The notes: generated from the sequence alone by a model not told the origin. A stretch of DNA of 64,000 nucleotides from Chitinophagales bacterium (GCA_041393015.1 JAWKKV010000013.1:3255-67254); one strand, 5' to 3'. Positions 1 through 8,617 are shown, counted from the stretch's first letter. Translations and numbers: made by a program.

Positions 1-561
1 TTCTAAGTTGTCTTTTGCATTCTCAAGTGATATACCTCCATCAACTTCAATTAAACAATAAGTGTTTTTTTCTTCTATCATTTGTTTTAAACGTCTTATT
101 TTATTGAGTGTGTTGGGAATGTATTTTTGACCTCCAAATCCTGGATTTACTGACATTAAACATACCATATCGATATCTTTAATAACGTTTTCCAATGAGC
201 TAATTGGCGTATGAGGATTTAAGGCAACGCCTGCTTTCATTCCTGCATTGTGAATCTCTTGTATCGTTCTATGTAAATGTGTGCAAGCTTCTAAATGCAC
301 CGTTAGTATATCTGCTCCGCAATCTTTAAAAGCTTGAATATATTTTTCAGGCTCAACAATCATTAAATGAACATCAAATGGTTTTTGAGTGAGCTTTCTA
401 ACTGCTTTAATTACTGGCATACCAAAGCTAATGTTTGGAACAAATCTTCCATCCATTACATCAATATGCGCCCAATCGGACTTACTATTATTGATTATGT
501 CAAAAGCTTTTGCTAAATGAGTAAAATCTGAGGCTAAAATAGAAGGGGCGACTAAATGCAT
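1..561 (-). CDS. rpe: ribulose-phosphate 3-epimerase, C-terminal end cut by the window edge
   Basis: My own reverse-strand translation from the ATG at 559-561 gives MHLVAPSILASDFTHLAKAFDII..DVMDGRFVPNISFG..DVHLMIVEPEKY..MSVNPGFGGQKYI..EVDGGI, which are typical Rpe motifs. It is absent from the ORF track because it runs off the window. Confidence 0.9.
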   Translation of the reverse strand, partial: MHLVAPSILASDFTHLAKAFDIINNSKSDWAHIDVMDGRFVPNISFGMPVIKAVRKLTQKPFDVHLMIVEPEKYIQAFKDCGADILTVHLEACTHLHRTIQEIHNAGMKAGVALNPHTPISSLENVIKDIDMVCLMSVNPGFGGQKYIPNTLNKIRRLKQMIEEKNTYCLIEVDGGISLENAKDNLE

Positions 562-690
562 GACTTATCATTTCTTTTGTCAAAGATTGGAAAATCAAAT
601 CAAGATGTAAAATTTAATTATATAGTTGTGGAAAGAATTACGCAGAAAAGTCCAATTTATGTAGTGTTTTTAATTTTTTTACTTTTAGAT

Positions 691-717
691 GTAACTTTTT
701 AAAGGAGTTAAACGTCT
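691..717 (+). promoter_or_regulatory. candidate ECF-type promoter (GTAAC-N17-CGTCT) upstream of the ECF sigma gene
   Basis: GTAAC at 691-695, a 17-nt spacer, then CGTCT at 713-717, 30 nt before the ATG at 747. It matches the general AAC..CGT architecture of ECF-dependent promoters. This is a motif match only. Confidence 0.35.
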
Positions 718-746
718 CACTTACAAATACCGGCCAAAAGCTAAAC

Positions 747-1238
747 ATGACCAGAAAGGAGTATAATATATGTGTTTCAGAATTGTCTGATAGAGTGTAT
801 GGCTTTGCGCTTAAAAACTCAGGCAATACAAGTGATGCAAAAGATATTGTACAAGAAAGTTTTGAGCGTCTATGGGTGAAACATGATAAAATAGCTTTCG
901 ACAAGGCGAAATCTTATCTTTTTTCAACGGCTTATCATTGTATGATTGATAATCATCGCAAAATTAAAAGAATGGAGTATTCTAATAATATGATGGAAGA
1001 GATTGATCCGAAACAAAATGAGTTAGATAATAAGCAATGGTTACAAGAAGCACTTAACAAGATGAATGAACAAGAGAAATCATTGATATTGATGCGTGAC
1101 TATGAAGGCTATTCCTATGAAGAATTAGGTGATTTAACGGGCTTAAGTCTTTCTCAAGTAAAAGTATATCTCTTTAGAGCCCGAAAGAAGTTTAGAAACT
1201 GGTTGATTGAATTGAATAAAATTAGCAATGTGATATGA
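747..1238 (+). CDS. RNA polymerase sigma-70 family ECF sigma factor
   Basis: 163 aa. Region 2-like DIVQESFERLW and a region 4 HTH YSYEELGDLTGLSLSQVKVYLFRARKKF. There is a 4-bp ATGA overlap with the next gene. Confidence 0.85.
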   Translation: MTRKEYNICVSELSDRVYGFALKNSGNTSDAKDIVQESFERLWVKHDKIAFDKAKSYLFSTAYHCMIDNHRKIKRMEYSNNMMEEIDPKQNELDNKQWLQEALNKMNEQEKSLILMRDYEGYSYEELGDLTGLSLSQVKVYLFRARKKFRNWLIELNKISNVI

Positions 1239-2098
1239 GTGATGTAAAAATAAATGAGTTGAACTATGAGTTATACGCTTTAGACTTTGCAGAAGGAAAC
1301 CTTCAAGGGGAAGAATTGAAAGCGATGGAGACATTTTTATCTTGTCACCCTCAATTAAAAGAAGAGATTTTAGCCATTAGTTTAGTTGAATTGCCACATG
1401 ACCATGTAGTTTATGATGACAAAGCAAATTTGTATAAAAATGATAAGGCAATCGTTGGCTTGCCTTTATTAACTTCTTTAGCTATAGCTGCTTCCTTAAT
1501 TTTGCTTTTCGGTTTTGTTTGGATGAAAAATCAAAGTATAAATAATGGAGAGTTGGCAGACATGTCAATGGTAACTCTCCAAAAGATGAGCGATGTGAAT
1601 CAGTGGGAGGAAACATCAGAAAACACAGCTGACTTAAACACTATTTCAAACGTAGTCTCTAAAACAAATGAACCTAAAACTGATCATGAATTTGAAAATG
1701 ATTATCAGAAGAATAAAACAGGAAATGACTTCAACAATGGTGTGAAAGCAGTCAACACCAAAGGAATTGAATTAATGAGTGAAAAATTCACTAAAAATGC
1801 TAGTCAAAGTAATGAAGAGATTTCTTATGATGTTGCTCAAATAACACCTATAGAGTCTGTTAAAATTAATGCTGATGTTCAGGAACAACAATTAGAGCAT
1901 GTTGCTATAGCATCTAACAATACTGCTATAATTGAAACCACTATTGAAATTGGTGCTTTACAAACTAATATGTCTGATAAAAGACTTGCGATGTCTGAAA
2001 AGAAAGAAGAACGTAAAAAAGTATTTAAAGAAAATGTAAGGTATGTTTTTCAAAATGCATTATTACCAGAAGGGGTCGCATTAGCTATTAATAATTAA
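1235..2098 (+). CDS. putative anti-sigma factor / single-pass membrane protein
   Basis: 287 aa. Short N-terminal segment, one TM helix (LPLLTSLAIAASLILLFGFVW) and a low-complexity polar remainder. It is translationally coupled to the ECF sigma gene. The role is inferred from position only. Confidence 0.5.
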   Translation: MSDVKINELNYELYALDFAEGNLQGEELKAMETFLSCHPQLKEEILAISLVELPHDHVVYDDKANLYKNDKAIVGLPLLTSLAIAASLILLFGFVWMKNQSINNGELADMSMVTLQKMSDVNQWEETSENTADLNTISNVVSKTNEPKTDHEFENDYQKNKTGNDFNNGVKAVNTKGIELMSEKFTKNASQSNEEISYDVAQITPIESVKINADVQEQQLEHVAIASNNTAIIETTIEIGALQTNMSDKRLAMSEKKEERKKVFKENVRYVFQNALLPEGVALAINN

Positions 2099-2167
2099 AT
2101 CAAATTTTTGAAATTAATCATTAAGATCATTCAAACAAAAAATCTAATTCACTTATAAATTAAAGAA

Positions 2168-3046
2168 ATGAGACGAGTATTATTATTAAGCTTGTTGGGG
2201 CTAACTATGTTATTAGGGAAAGCGCAAACGAATACCAAAGTTCGAATTATAGAGTGTATTGTTGAAAATAATACGGATACCACGGTAATCATAAATCAAG
2301 GAGATACGTTGATACGCATACGTGAACCTTTTGATACAGATTCAGTAGTGATAACGACTAAAAGGTTTAATGTTAATGTTGGAGCTTCTGGGTTGAGTAT
2401 CGTTAAAAATGATTCAACTGCTGCTAGAAGGGTAGTTACACGATTCTTACTCATGGATATTGGTTTTGCCGGATTTCTTCAAAACGGCAGTTTTAATCTC
2501 ACCCCTGAAAATGAATTTTTAGATACTAAAAGTGGTAAGTCAAGAAATGTGAACTTGCAGCTTTTTACTCAAAGAGTTCGTTTTGCCAATAATCATATGA
2601 ATTTCTCTTATGGATTAATGTTTGAGTTTAATAAATATAGACTTGCGAACGATATTAAATTAATTCCTGGAGAAAGTCCCTTAGCGTGGGAAGCTTCAGA
2701 TACTGATTATAGAAAGAATAAATTGAAAGCAACGTATTTATATATGCCTTTAATGATTGGTGTTGAAAGTAATCCAGATAAGATAGCGAGATCATTTAGA
2801 CTTAGGGCTGGTGTGTATGGTGGAATTTTAGTTAATTCAAAACAAAAGCTAATAGGTAAAATAACTGATAGAGAGAAAATTAAGGATGATTTTAATCTAA
2901 CCAAGTTCCGATACGGTATTAGGGGTGAAATTGGCTATGGATTTGTTAACTTCTATGTACACTATGGTTTAAATGGATTGTTCAAAGACAATCAAGGTCC
3001 CGATTTGTCCCCCATAAATTTCGGATTTATGTTGCTACCTTTTTAA
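2168..3046 (+). CDS. outer membrane beta-barrel protein (porin/PorT-like family)
   Basis: 292 aa. Signal peptide MRRVLLLSLLGLTMLLGKAQ, alternating amphipathic strands and a C-terminal aromatic residue (..FGFMLLPF). Confidence 0.6.
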   Translation: MRRVLLLSLLGLTMLLGKAQTNTKVRIIECIVENNTDTTVIINQGDTLIRIREPFDTDSVVITTKRFNVNVGASGLSIVKNDSTAARRVVTRFLLMDIGFAGFLQNGSFNLTPENEFLDTKSGKSRNVNLQLFTQRVRFANNHMNFSYGLMFEFNKYRLANDIKLIPGESPLAWEASDTDYRKNKLKATYLYMPLMIGVESNPDKIARSFRLRAGVYGGILVNSKQKLIGKITDREKIKDDFNLTKFRYGIRGEIGYGFVNFYVHYGLNGLFKDNQGPDLSPINFGFMLLPF

Positions 3047-3542
3047 ATATTTAAATTGATGAGGAATTAATTTTACTAAAAAGGGTAGTGTGATGCCGAA
3101 TTACAATATAATGCTACCTAAAATAAAGAACACTTTTGTGTCACAAAATGAGTGTAAATTATTTTATTATTCTTTAAATATTCCTTTATTTAGAGTAAAT
3201 AACAATATTGTTTGCTATTTAAGTATGTCACAATTGAAATAAAATAGATACATTACTATACGAATTGTGAACGATATTTGATTAAGTAAAAGAAAAAAAA
3301 TAAGCGAAATTCTTGTGGATTGCTTATTTTAAAAAATAAAATGTTTTTTAACAGCAACTATATTATCATCGAATCGACATTTGCTTCTGCCAATACGGGT
3401 GGATTTTCAAATCAGATGAGAATGTTTTCTAATAAAATAGTAGATGTTATAACTATGCTTTTTGAAAGCTCAGTTAAAGACATTAAAAAAATCAATGAGA
3501 AGTTAACTAGTAAAGCTCAAGATGTAGTTACAATAATAAGCG

Positions 3543-3570
3543 AAAAGTCCACTTTTAAAGGTGGACTTTT
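3543..3570 (-). terminator. hairpin downstream of the small repeat-peptide gene
   Basis: 10-bp perfect stem AAAAGTCCAC / GTGGACTTTT with an 8-nt loop, 55 nt past the minus-strand stop at 3625-3627. On the minus strand a short T run follows it. Confidence 0.5.
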
Positions 3571-3624
3571 CAAGAGTCTACTAGCTACAAGAAATGAGAA
3601 GAGAAAAAATTTAAATAAAATCGA

Positions 3625-3822
3625 TTATTCGTTAGGATCAATTATTGAAATTCTTTCGTTAGGGTCAATAATTGAAATTCGCTCATTGGGATCAATGATT
3701 GAGATTCTTTCATTGGGATCAATGATTGAAATTCGCTCATTTGGATCAATAATTGAGATTTTTTGTGCGTTAGTGCTTAAAGTAAGACCAACTAAAACAA
3801 GTAATGTTGCTAAAATTTTCAT
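3625..3822 (-). CDS. small secreted protein: signal peptide plus five tandem nonapeptide repeats (K/R)ISIIDPNE
   Basis: 65 aa with an ATG start and a Sec-type signal peptide MKILATLLVLVGLTLSTNAQ. Five 27-nt repeats are identical at the protein level, and every nucleotide difference is synonymous in this frame. A hairpin lies downstream. Confidence 0.65.
   Translation of the reverse strand: MKILATLLVLVGLTLSTNAQKISIIDPNERISIIDPNERISIIDPNERISIIDPNERISIIDPNE
3628..3762 (-). repeat. 5 x 27-bp head-to-tail coding tandem repeat
   Basis: Copies at 3628-3654, 3655-3681, 3682-3708, 3709-3735 and 3736-3762, with no spacers. Confidence 0.95.
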
Positions 3823-3988
3823 GGCTATATAATTTTGTGTGACATGAATTTATTACCATTATTGGCTTTGTCAATTACAGTCAACTCTCTATTCTGACTA
3901 GGAAGTGTTTTTTGTTACATTATTTATTTATCTTATAACTATTTGATTAATAATATTTTGTATATATTTACTTGTATTATTGGTTTAT

Positions 3989-3996
3989 TATCTTTG
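3989..3996 (+). promoter_or_regulatory. Bacteroidota-type -7 box TAtcTTTG upstream of the 527-aa gene
   Basis: TATCTTTG matches the TAnnTTTG consensus of Bacteroidota sigma-A promoters, 23 nt before the GTG start at 4019. This is a motif match only. Confidence 0.4.
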
Positions 3997-4018
3997 TGAC
4001 AAAAATAACTCCTAAATT

Positions 4019-5602
4019 GTGAATACTCTAAGACAAATAATTAGTGTTGTATCGCGTAAAAGAATAAGTAAAGTTGAAATTTTTGATAAAACTTTACTCA
4101 GTACCGAAGACAGCAAGTTTACAGAATTGTATAATGCTATTGAGTCTGATCAAGTCAAAACAGACAGTGAAGCTGCACAGTTAATCTACAACGATCCCAA
4201 TAGTGTAAATTATAGAAAACTAAAATCGAGGTTTTTAAAACGACTATTAAATACCTTGTTCTTTTTAGATATCAATGGCAGTAATAAAGGAGATGATTAT
4301 CGCTACAATCATTACTCTTGTACGAAAGCTTTGATGCATGCAAAGTTGTTGAGATTTTTTGGTGCCTTTGAGTCTGCTTCAAAAATTATCAAGTTAAAAT
4401 ATAATGATGCAAAGAAATTTGCTTTTTATGATATTTTAGCTGAATACTCCTGGTTTTTAATACAGTATTACAGTCTTACTGGGAATGTGAAAGCTTTACA
4501 AGAAGAGCGAAGCAATTATTATGAATATAAGAAAGTGGCAGATAGTGAAGCACAAAGCCAGTTAATCTATTATGTTTCTATTGTTGAATTTGTAAAATCA
4601 ACTACTGTTAATCAACATGCTATTGATCAATTGAAGCAAGGTATTATAGAAATTGAAAAAGAAGTTAATAGTCATCCAACCGCTATTAATATTTTCAATC
4701 AACAAATGCTTAAATTCAATTACTACGAAACAATTTTTGATTGGGAAAGTCTTCTAATAGAGTGTGACAAGGCCTATAAAGATTTAAGTCATCACAAGTA
4801 TTATAATAAGACAAAAAACCATTTAATAACTTTCAAAAAACTAGTAGCTTGTCTAAACTTAAAAAGATTTAATGAAGGGGTAAGATTGTTTGAGAAAAGC
4901 AAAAATGCCTACGCAGAAGGATCTAATAACTGGTTTATGATTCAAAAGTATGGTGCATTGTTAGCCATACATTCAGATGACCGTGAATTAGCCTATAAAA
5001 TATATATTGATGCTAACAGTCAGCGTGTTGCTAAATTTATGAATAAGCCTACACAAGAGTTTTGGACAATTATAAGAGCTTACTTGCACTTCTTAATTCA
5101 AATACACAACGAAGCGCATTTAGTAGAGCATGAGGCCACTTTTAAGAAATTTAGAATTTTTAAATTTTTGAACGAGGTGCCAATTTACTCTAAAGATAAA
5201 TCAGGGAATAACATTGCTGTTTTAGTAATGGAATACATGTTTTTATTGATAGAGGGTAATTACGAAGCTATTATTTCAAAAATGGATTCAATAAAAGTTT
5301 ATAGAAGTCGATACTTAAAAGATGATATGTATAAAAGAGCCTATACATTCATAGGTATGCTTATTAAAGTTGAAAAAGAATCTTTTGTATATAAAGGAGT
5401 AAAGAAGTCTTGTGCTAAAGAGTACAACCTGCTTCAACATAATGATTCTGATCAAGAAGGAACAAGATCTAATTGGCCCATTCATGAATCAGAAATTATT
5501 CCTTATGAAAAGCTTTGGTATTATATTCTAAAGATATTAGAATATAACGATCTGCCTGACGAAATTAAGAACCGTTGCAAGAGTATTGCAGCAGGTGTTT
5601 AA
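4019..5602 (+). CDS. hypothetical 527-aa soluble, predicted all-helical (TPR-like?) protein
   Basis: Long ORF with a GTG start, no signal peptide and no TM helix. It is rich in Y/K/L/E with helical-repeat-like periodicity. I recognise no catalytic motif. Confidence 0.6.
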   Translation: MNTLRQIISVVSRKRISKVEIFDKTLLSTEDSKFTELYNAIESDQVKTDSEAAQLIYNDPNSVNYRKLKSRFLKRLLNTLFFLDINGSNKGDDYRYNHYSCTKALMHAKLLRFFGAFESASKIIKLKYNDAKKFAFYDILAEYSWFLIQYYSLTGNVKALQEERSNYYEYKKVADSEAQSQLIYYVSIVEFVKSTTVNQHAIDQLKQGIIEIEKEVNSHPTAINIFNQQMLKFNYYETIFDWESLLIECDKAYKDLSHHKYYNKTKNHLITFKKLVACLNLKRFNEGVRLFEKSKNAYAEGSNNWFMIQKYGALLAIHSDDRELAYKIYIDANSQRVAKFMNKPTQEFWTIIRAYLHFLIQIHNEAHLVEHEATFKKFRIFKFLNEVPIYSKDKSGNNIAVLVMEYMFLLIEGNYEAIISKMDSIKVYRSRYLKDDMYKRAYTFIGMLIKVEKESFVYKGVKKSCAKEYNLLQHNDSDQEGTRSNWPIHESEIIPYEKLWYYILKILEYNDLPDEIKNRCKSIAAGV

Positions 5603-5700
5603 TTTTACCATGTCACAAATTACACAAAAACGTTATTGAAGTATAGGGGTAATGGATTACCTTTAAATTGTAGGAATCTTTTTATGTAGTTAAATAAAAA

Positions 5701-5726
5701 AAGGTTCTCCATTTCTGAAGAACCTT
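5701..5726 (-). terminator. intrinsic-terminator-like hairpin whose U-tract fits the minus strand
   Basis: Stem AAGGTTCT / AGAACCTT (8 bp) with a 10-nt loop. An A7 run immediately precedes it on the plus strand, which is T7 after the hairpin on the minus strand. No T run follows it on the plus strand. Confidence 0.45.
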
Positions 5727-6372
5727 GCTAGACCCATATGATCTAGAAACATAAAAACCCTGATCCAAATATACTACTTCCTTTATTATATGCAAAATTA
5801 AAAATGAGAAAATCAAAGAAATTTGTGATTTTAAGCACCAATTTATGTGGTATTATACCTTCTGGTATTTTAATTTATAAGCAGTAGATATAATTAATAG
5901 TTTTGTAAATCAATTAGTTAGGTAAGTATTTTGTAGCTGATTTATAAATAAAAAACCTCGATAAAAAAAATAAAAAAAATCTTCAAAAAAAACAGAAAAA
6001 ATGTTTTTTGAGCTCATTTATGGACAATAATTCATATTGTTCACCACTTTAAAAGACATATAACAGAGACTAGAATTTACATAAAAATGGATTTGACGAG
6101 GCTTGATTTGAAAATAAATGGTGCTAGGTCACTAATTTTTTCTTTTATAAAGATAAGTTCGGAGGCTTATTTTGACGCAAATTATTCAAATTAGTCTTCA
6201 TTAATATTTTGAGTAAATAATCTTTTTGTAAAAATATAATTGAGTAAAAGCACTTTTAATCACTCAATTTATAGGGTAAAAAAGTCGAATTTTAGTCACA
6301 AATAGAAAGTTTTAAGTAAGTAATGAGATAAGTACTTTAAAAAAATAGATACATTCAATCGATAAAAAAAAA

Positions 6373-6398
6373 GCGATAACAAAATAATTTGTTATCGC
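6373..6398 (-). terminator. intrinsic terminator of the PDZ gene (possibly bidirectional)
   Basis: Stem GCGATAAC / GTTATCGC (8 bp). On the plus strand it is flanked by A9 upstream and CTTTT downstream. It lies 33 nt past the minus-strand stop at 6431. Confidence 0.7.
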
Positions 6399-6430
6399 CT
6401 TTTGGGATAGTATCTATATAAAAGGAATAC

Positions 6431-7633
6431 TTAATCTTCTCCTTTCCAATTGAAATCTGTAATTGAATTATTGAATTCGAATAGTTTACCTTTTGTCGTT
6501 TTAAGTTTACCGTATCTATAATATGTAATTTGAATTTCGCTACCTAATTCTTGTTCTTCAAGCGCCTTATGTAGTGATTGTACATCTTCAATGTCTATAG
6601 TATTAAGTTTAACTATTACATCGTTTAATTTTAAGCCCATTTCTTTGGCAGTCGTTGCGTCTAAAACTTTAGTAATTAAAACACCTTTGCCACCTTTTAT
6701 TTTTAGGTCAGAAACCATTTCTGCATCTAAATCTTCAATATACACACCAAGCTTAGGTCTTGATCTTGTCATATATGCTGTATAAGATCTTTGATGATGT
6801 TTACACTCTTCTTTTGCATTTTCACAGCATGCCGGAGCATTAAGCTTAAACGACTGTCCAATATCGTATTGACTCTCAGCTTTACATTTTAAGGTTGCTT
6901 CTAAAACATTGATTTCACCAGCTCTATTTACTTTTATAGTGATTTTTTCATTAATATTTCTTGCATGTAATTCATCCACCAAATCATCTAATTGATTGAT
7001 CTCATTTCCGTTTATTTCAGTAATGATGTCTTCCTTTTCAATACCTGCAACAGCGGCTGCGCTATTTTCAATTACACTTATCACTCTAACACCTTTGGTG
7101 CTGGTACCATCTTCATCTAAAATTACGCCAAGAAATGGGCGTTTGTGATCTAACAATTGAATCTCATCTATTTCTTCTAAATCATTAATGTTGATCCAAT
7201 TTCCTTCATCATCTTCTTGATTGATCCAAATTAAATTGTCAGCATTAGAAGAGCCTTGTAACATAAGCATTTTGATAAGTGAATCACTGCTAAACTCTCC
7301 AATCGAATTCATTATTTCATTCACTAAACTATCTGAATTTAGCTTATGGCTTTTATCTAATTCCTTGATGGTTGTTTTTTCTTCAATATGATCACCATTT
7401 TTAATTTTAGTTGTAATTACAACTTTACCATCATCGGTATTGGTGCTAATTTTTTTCTGAATTACTTTAACATCATTTTGCCCGCTATCACTTATAGATT
7501 GAGTGATTTCTTCTTTTACAACAATAATTTGATGTTCATTGGTGACTTGTGCCATTGATAGGTTGGCAGCAGTGTACATAACTAGTGTCGAGAGTAAAAG
7601 TAATTTCATATCATTATAGATTGTGTCATCCAA
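6431..7633 (-). CDS. secreted protein with two PDZ domains
   Basis: 400 aa with an N-terminal hydrophobic signal. Two PDZ-like segments (GVRVISVIENSAAAVAGIEKEDIITEINGNEI and GVLITKVLDATTAKEMGLKLNDVIVKLNTIDI). Confidence 0.65.
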   Translation of the reverse strand: MDDTIYNDMKLLLLSTLVMYTAANLSMAQVTNEHQIIVVKEEITQSISDSGQNDVKVIQKKISTNTDDGKVVITTKIKNGDHIEEKTTIKELDKSHKLNSDSLVNEIMNSIGEFSSDSLIKMLMLQGSSNADNLIWINQEDDEGNWININDLEEIDEIQLLDHKRPFLGVILDEDGTSTKGVRVISVIENSAAAVAGIEKEDIITEINGNEINQLDDLVDELHARNINEKITIKVNRAGEINVLEATLKCKAESQYDIGQSFKLNAPACCENAKEECKHHQRSYTAYMTRSRPKLGVYIEDLDAEMVSDLKIKGGKGVLITKVLDATTAKEMGLKLNDVIVKLNTIDIEDVQSLHKALEEQELGSEIQITYYRYGKLKTTKGKLFEFNNSITDFNWKGED

Positions 7634-7730
7634 AGATATTGGAATTACTAGTGAGAAGGCAGTTAAATCATGTTAACCAGTGTTAACCAATTCAATTTTT
7701 TTGAAAAGCAAACAGAGTAGAAAAGTCTAT

Positions 7731-8585
7731 TTATTTAGTGACAGTTTTTTGTTTCTTAATGGCTTTTATCCAAATGACAAGTCCTATAATCACCACAGGA
7801 ATACTTAATACGTGTCCTGTATTTAAGCCCCAATAAGTTACATCTGCTGTTTTCCAGAATTCTAAGATAAATCTAGAACCAAATACGGTGACGAAGAAAG
7901 CGCCAAAAAGCATTCCCGGTGCAAACTTTCCTTTGGTTTTCCAGTAATATCTAAATATAAATCCGAAAATGATGAAATAACAAATCGCTTCAAACAGCTG
8001 AACAGGAACTACCGGCACTGGATTTGGAGTGCGTTCAAATACAACTCCCCATTTACCATTGGTTGGAATGCCATTAATTTCAGAATTGAAAAAATTTCCC
8101 AATCGTATAAATCCACCTGCTAAAGCAACAGGAATGACAATTCGATCTAAAATCCATAAATAAGTATACTTTGGATTTATAATTTTCTGAATAGGAAAGA
8201 GTTTTTTATAATCGGAATGTTTTTTAACAAAAATGAATAATGCGATCATGATACCAATTAAGGCGCCATGACTAGCTAATCCACCTTCCCAAACTTTTAA
8301 TATCGAGAGAGGATTCTCTATGAAATAATAGTGGAAATCATAAAATAGACAATGACCAATTCTTGCACCTAAAATAGTTCCGAGCAACATCGTCATAAAA
8401 AGATTGTCTAAATCATCTAGATTCTTTTTTTCATTTTCGAAAATGGCTTTTATAATATAGAAACCAGTTATAAAACTCAATGCCCATAGTAAACTATAAT
8501 ATCTTAAGCCAAATACAGAATTACCGAATTGAACAATTTCAGGTTTTACATTCCAGTGCCAAACAATTCCTAAAATATCTATCAT
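7731..8585 (-). CDS. lgt: prolipoprotein diacylglyceryl transferase
   Basis: 284 aa polytopic membrane protein. Lgt motifs GARIGHCLFY, GGLASHGALIG and RLGNFFNSEINGIPT. Confidence 0.85.
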   Translation of the reverse strand: MIDILGIVWHWNVKPEIVQFGNSVFGLRYYSLLWALSFITGFYIIKAIFENEKKNLDDLDNLFMTMLLGTILGARIGHCLFYDFHYYFIENPLSILKVWEGGLASHGALIGIMIALFIFVKKHSDYKKLFPIQKIINPKYTYLWILDRIVIPVALAGGFIRLGNFFNSEINGIPTNGKWGVVFERTPNPVPVVPVQLFEAICYFIIFGFIFRYYWKTKGKFAPGMLFGAFFVTVFGSRFILEFWKTADVTYWGLNTGHVLSIPVVIIGLVIWIKAIKKQKTVTK

Positions 8586-8617
8586 GATGTCAAATGTACA
8601 GTATTCAATAATAATGA

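Noticed and set aside
638-904. 88-aa minus-strand ORF overlapping the start of the ECF sigma gene
   Set aside because: It overlaps a well-supported sigma-70 family gene on the other strand and has no motif support. It is typical AT-rich antisense noise.
3628-3762. Possible CRISPR array, given regularly spaced 27-bp repeats
   Set aside because: The repeats are directly adjacent with no spacers. They lie in frame inside a small ORF, and no cas genes are nearby.
3320-3832. 170-aa plus-strand ORF in the track covering the 27-bp repeat array
   Set aside because: It is antisense to the signal-peptide gene. It has a TTG start and no recognisable features. The repeat-to-repeat nucleotide differences are non-synonymous in this frame but silent in the minus frame. 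A 10-bp-stem hairpin lies inside it.
5804-5887. 27-aa plus-strand mini-ORF MRKSKKFVILSTNLCGIIPSGILIYKQ in the long intergenic region
   Set aside because: It is too short, with no supporting signal or conservation evidence available. Such ORFs are expected by chance.
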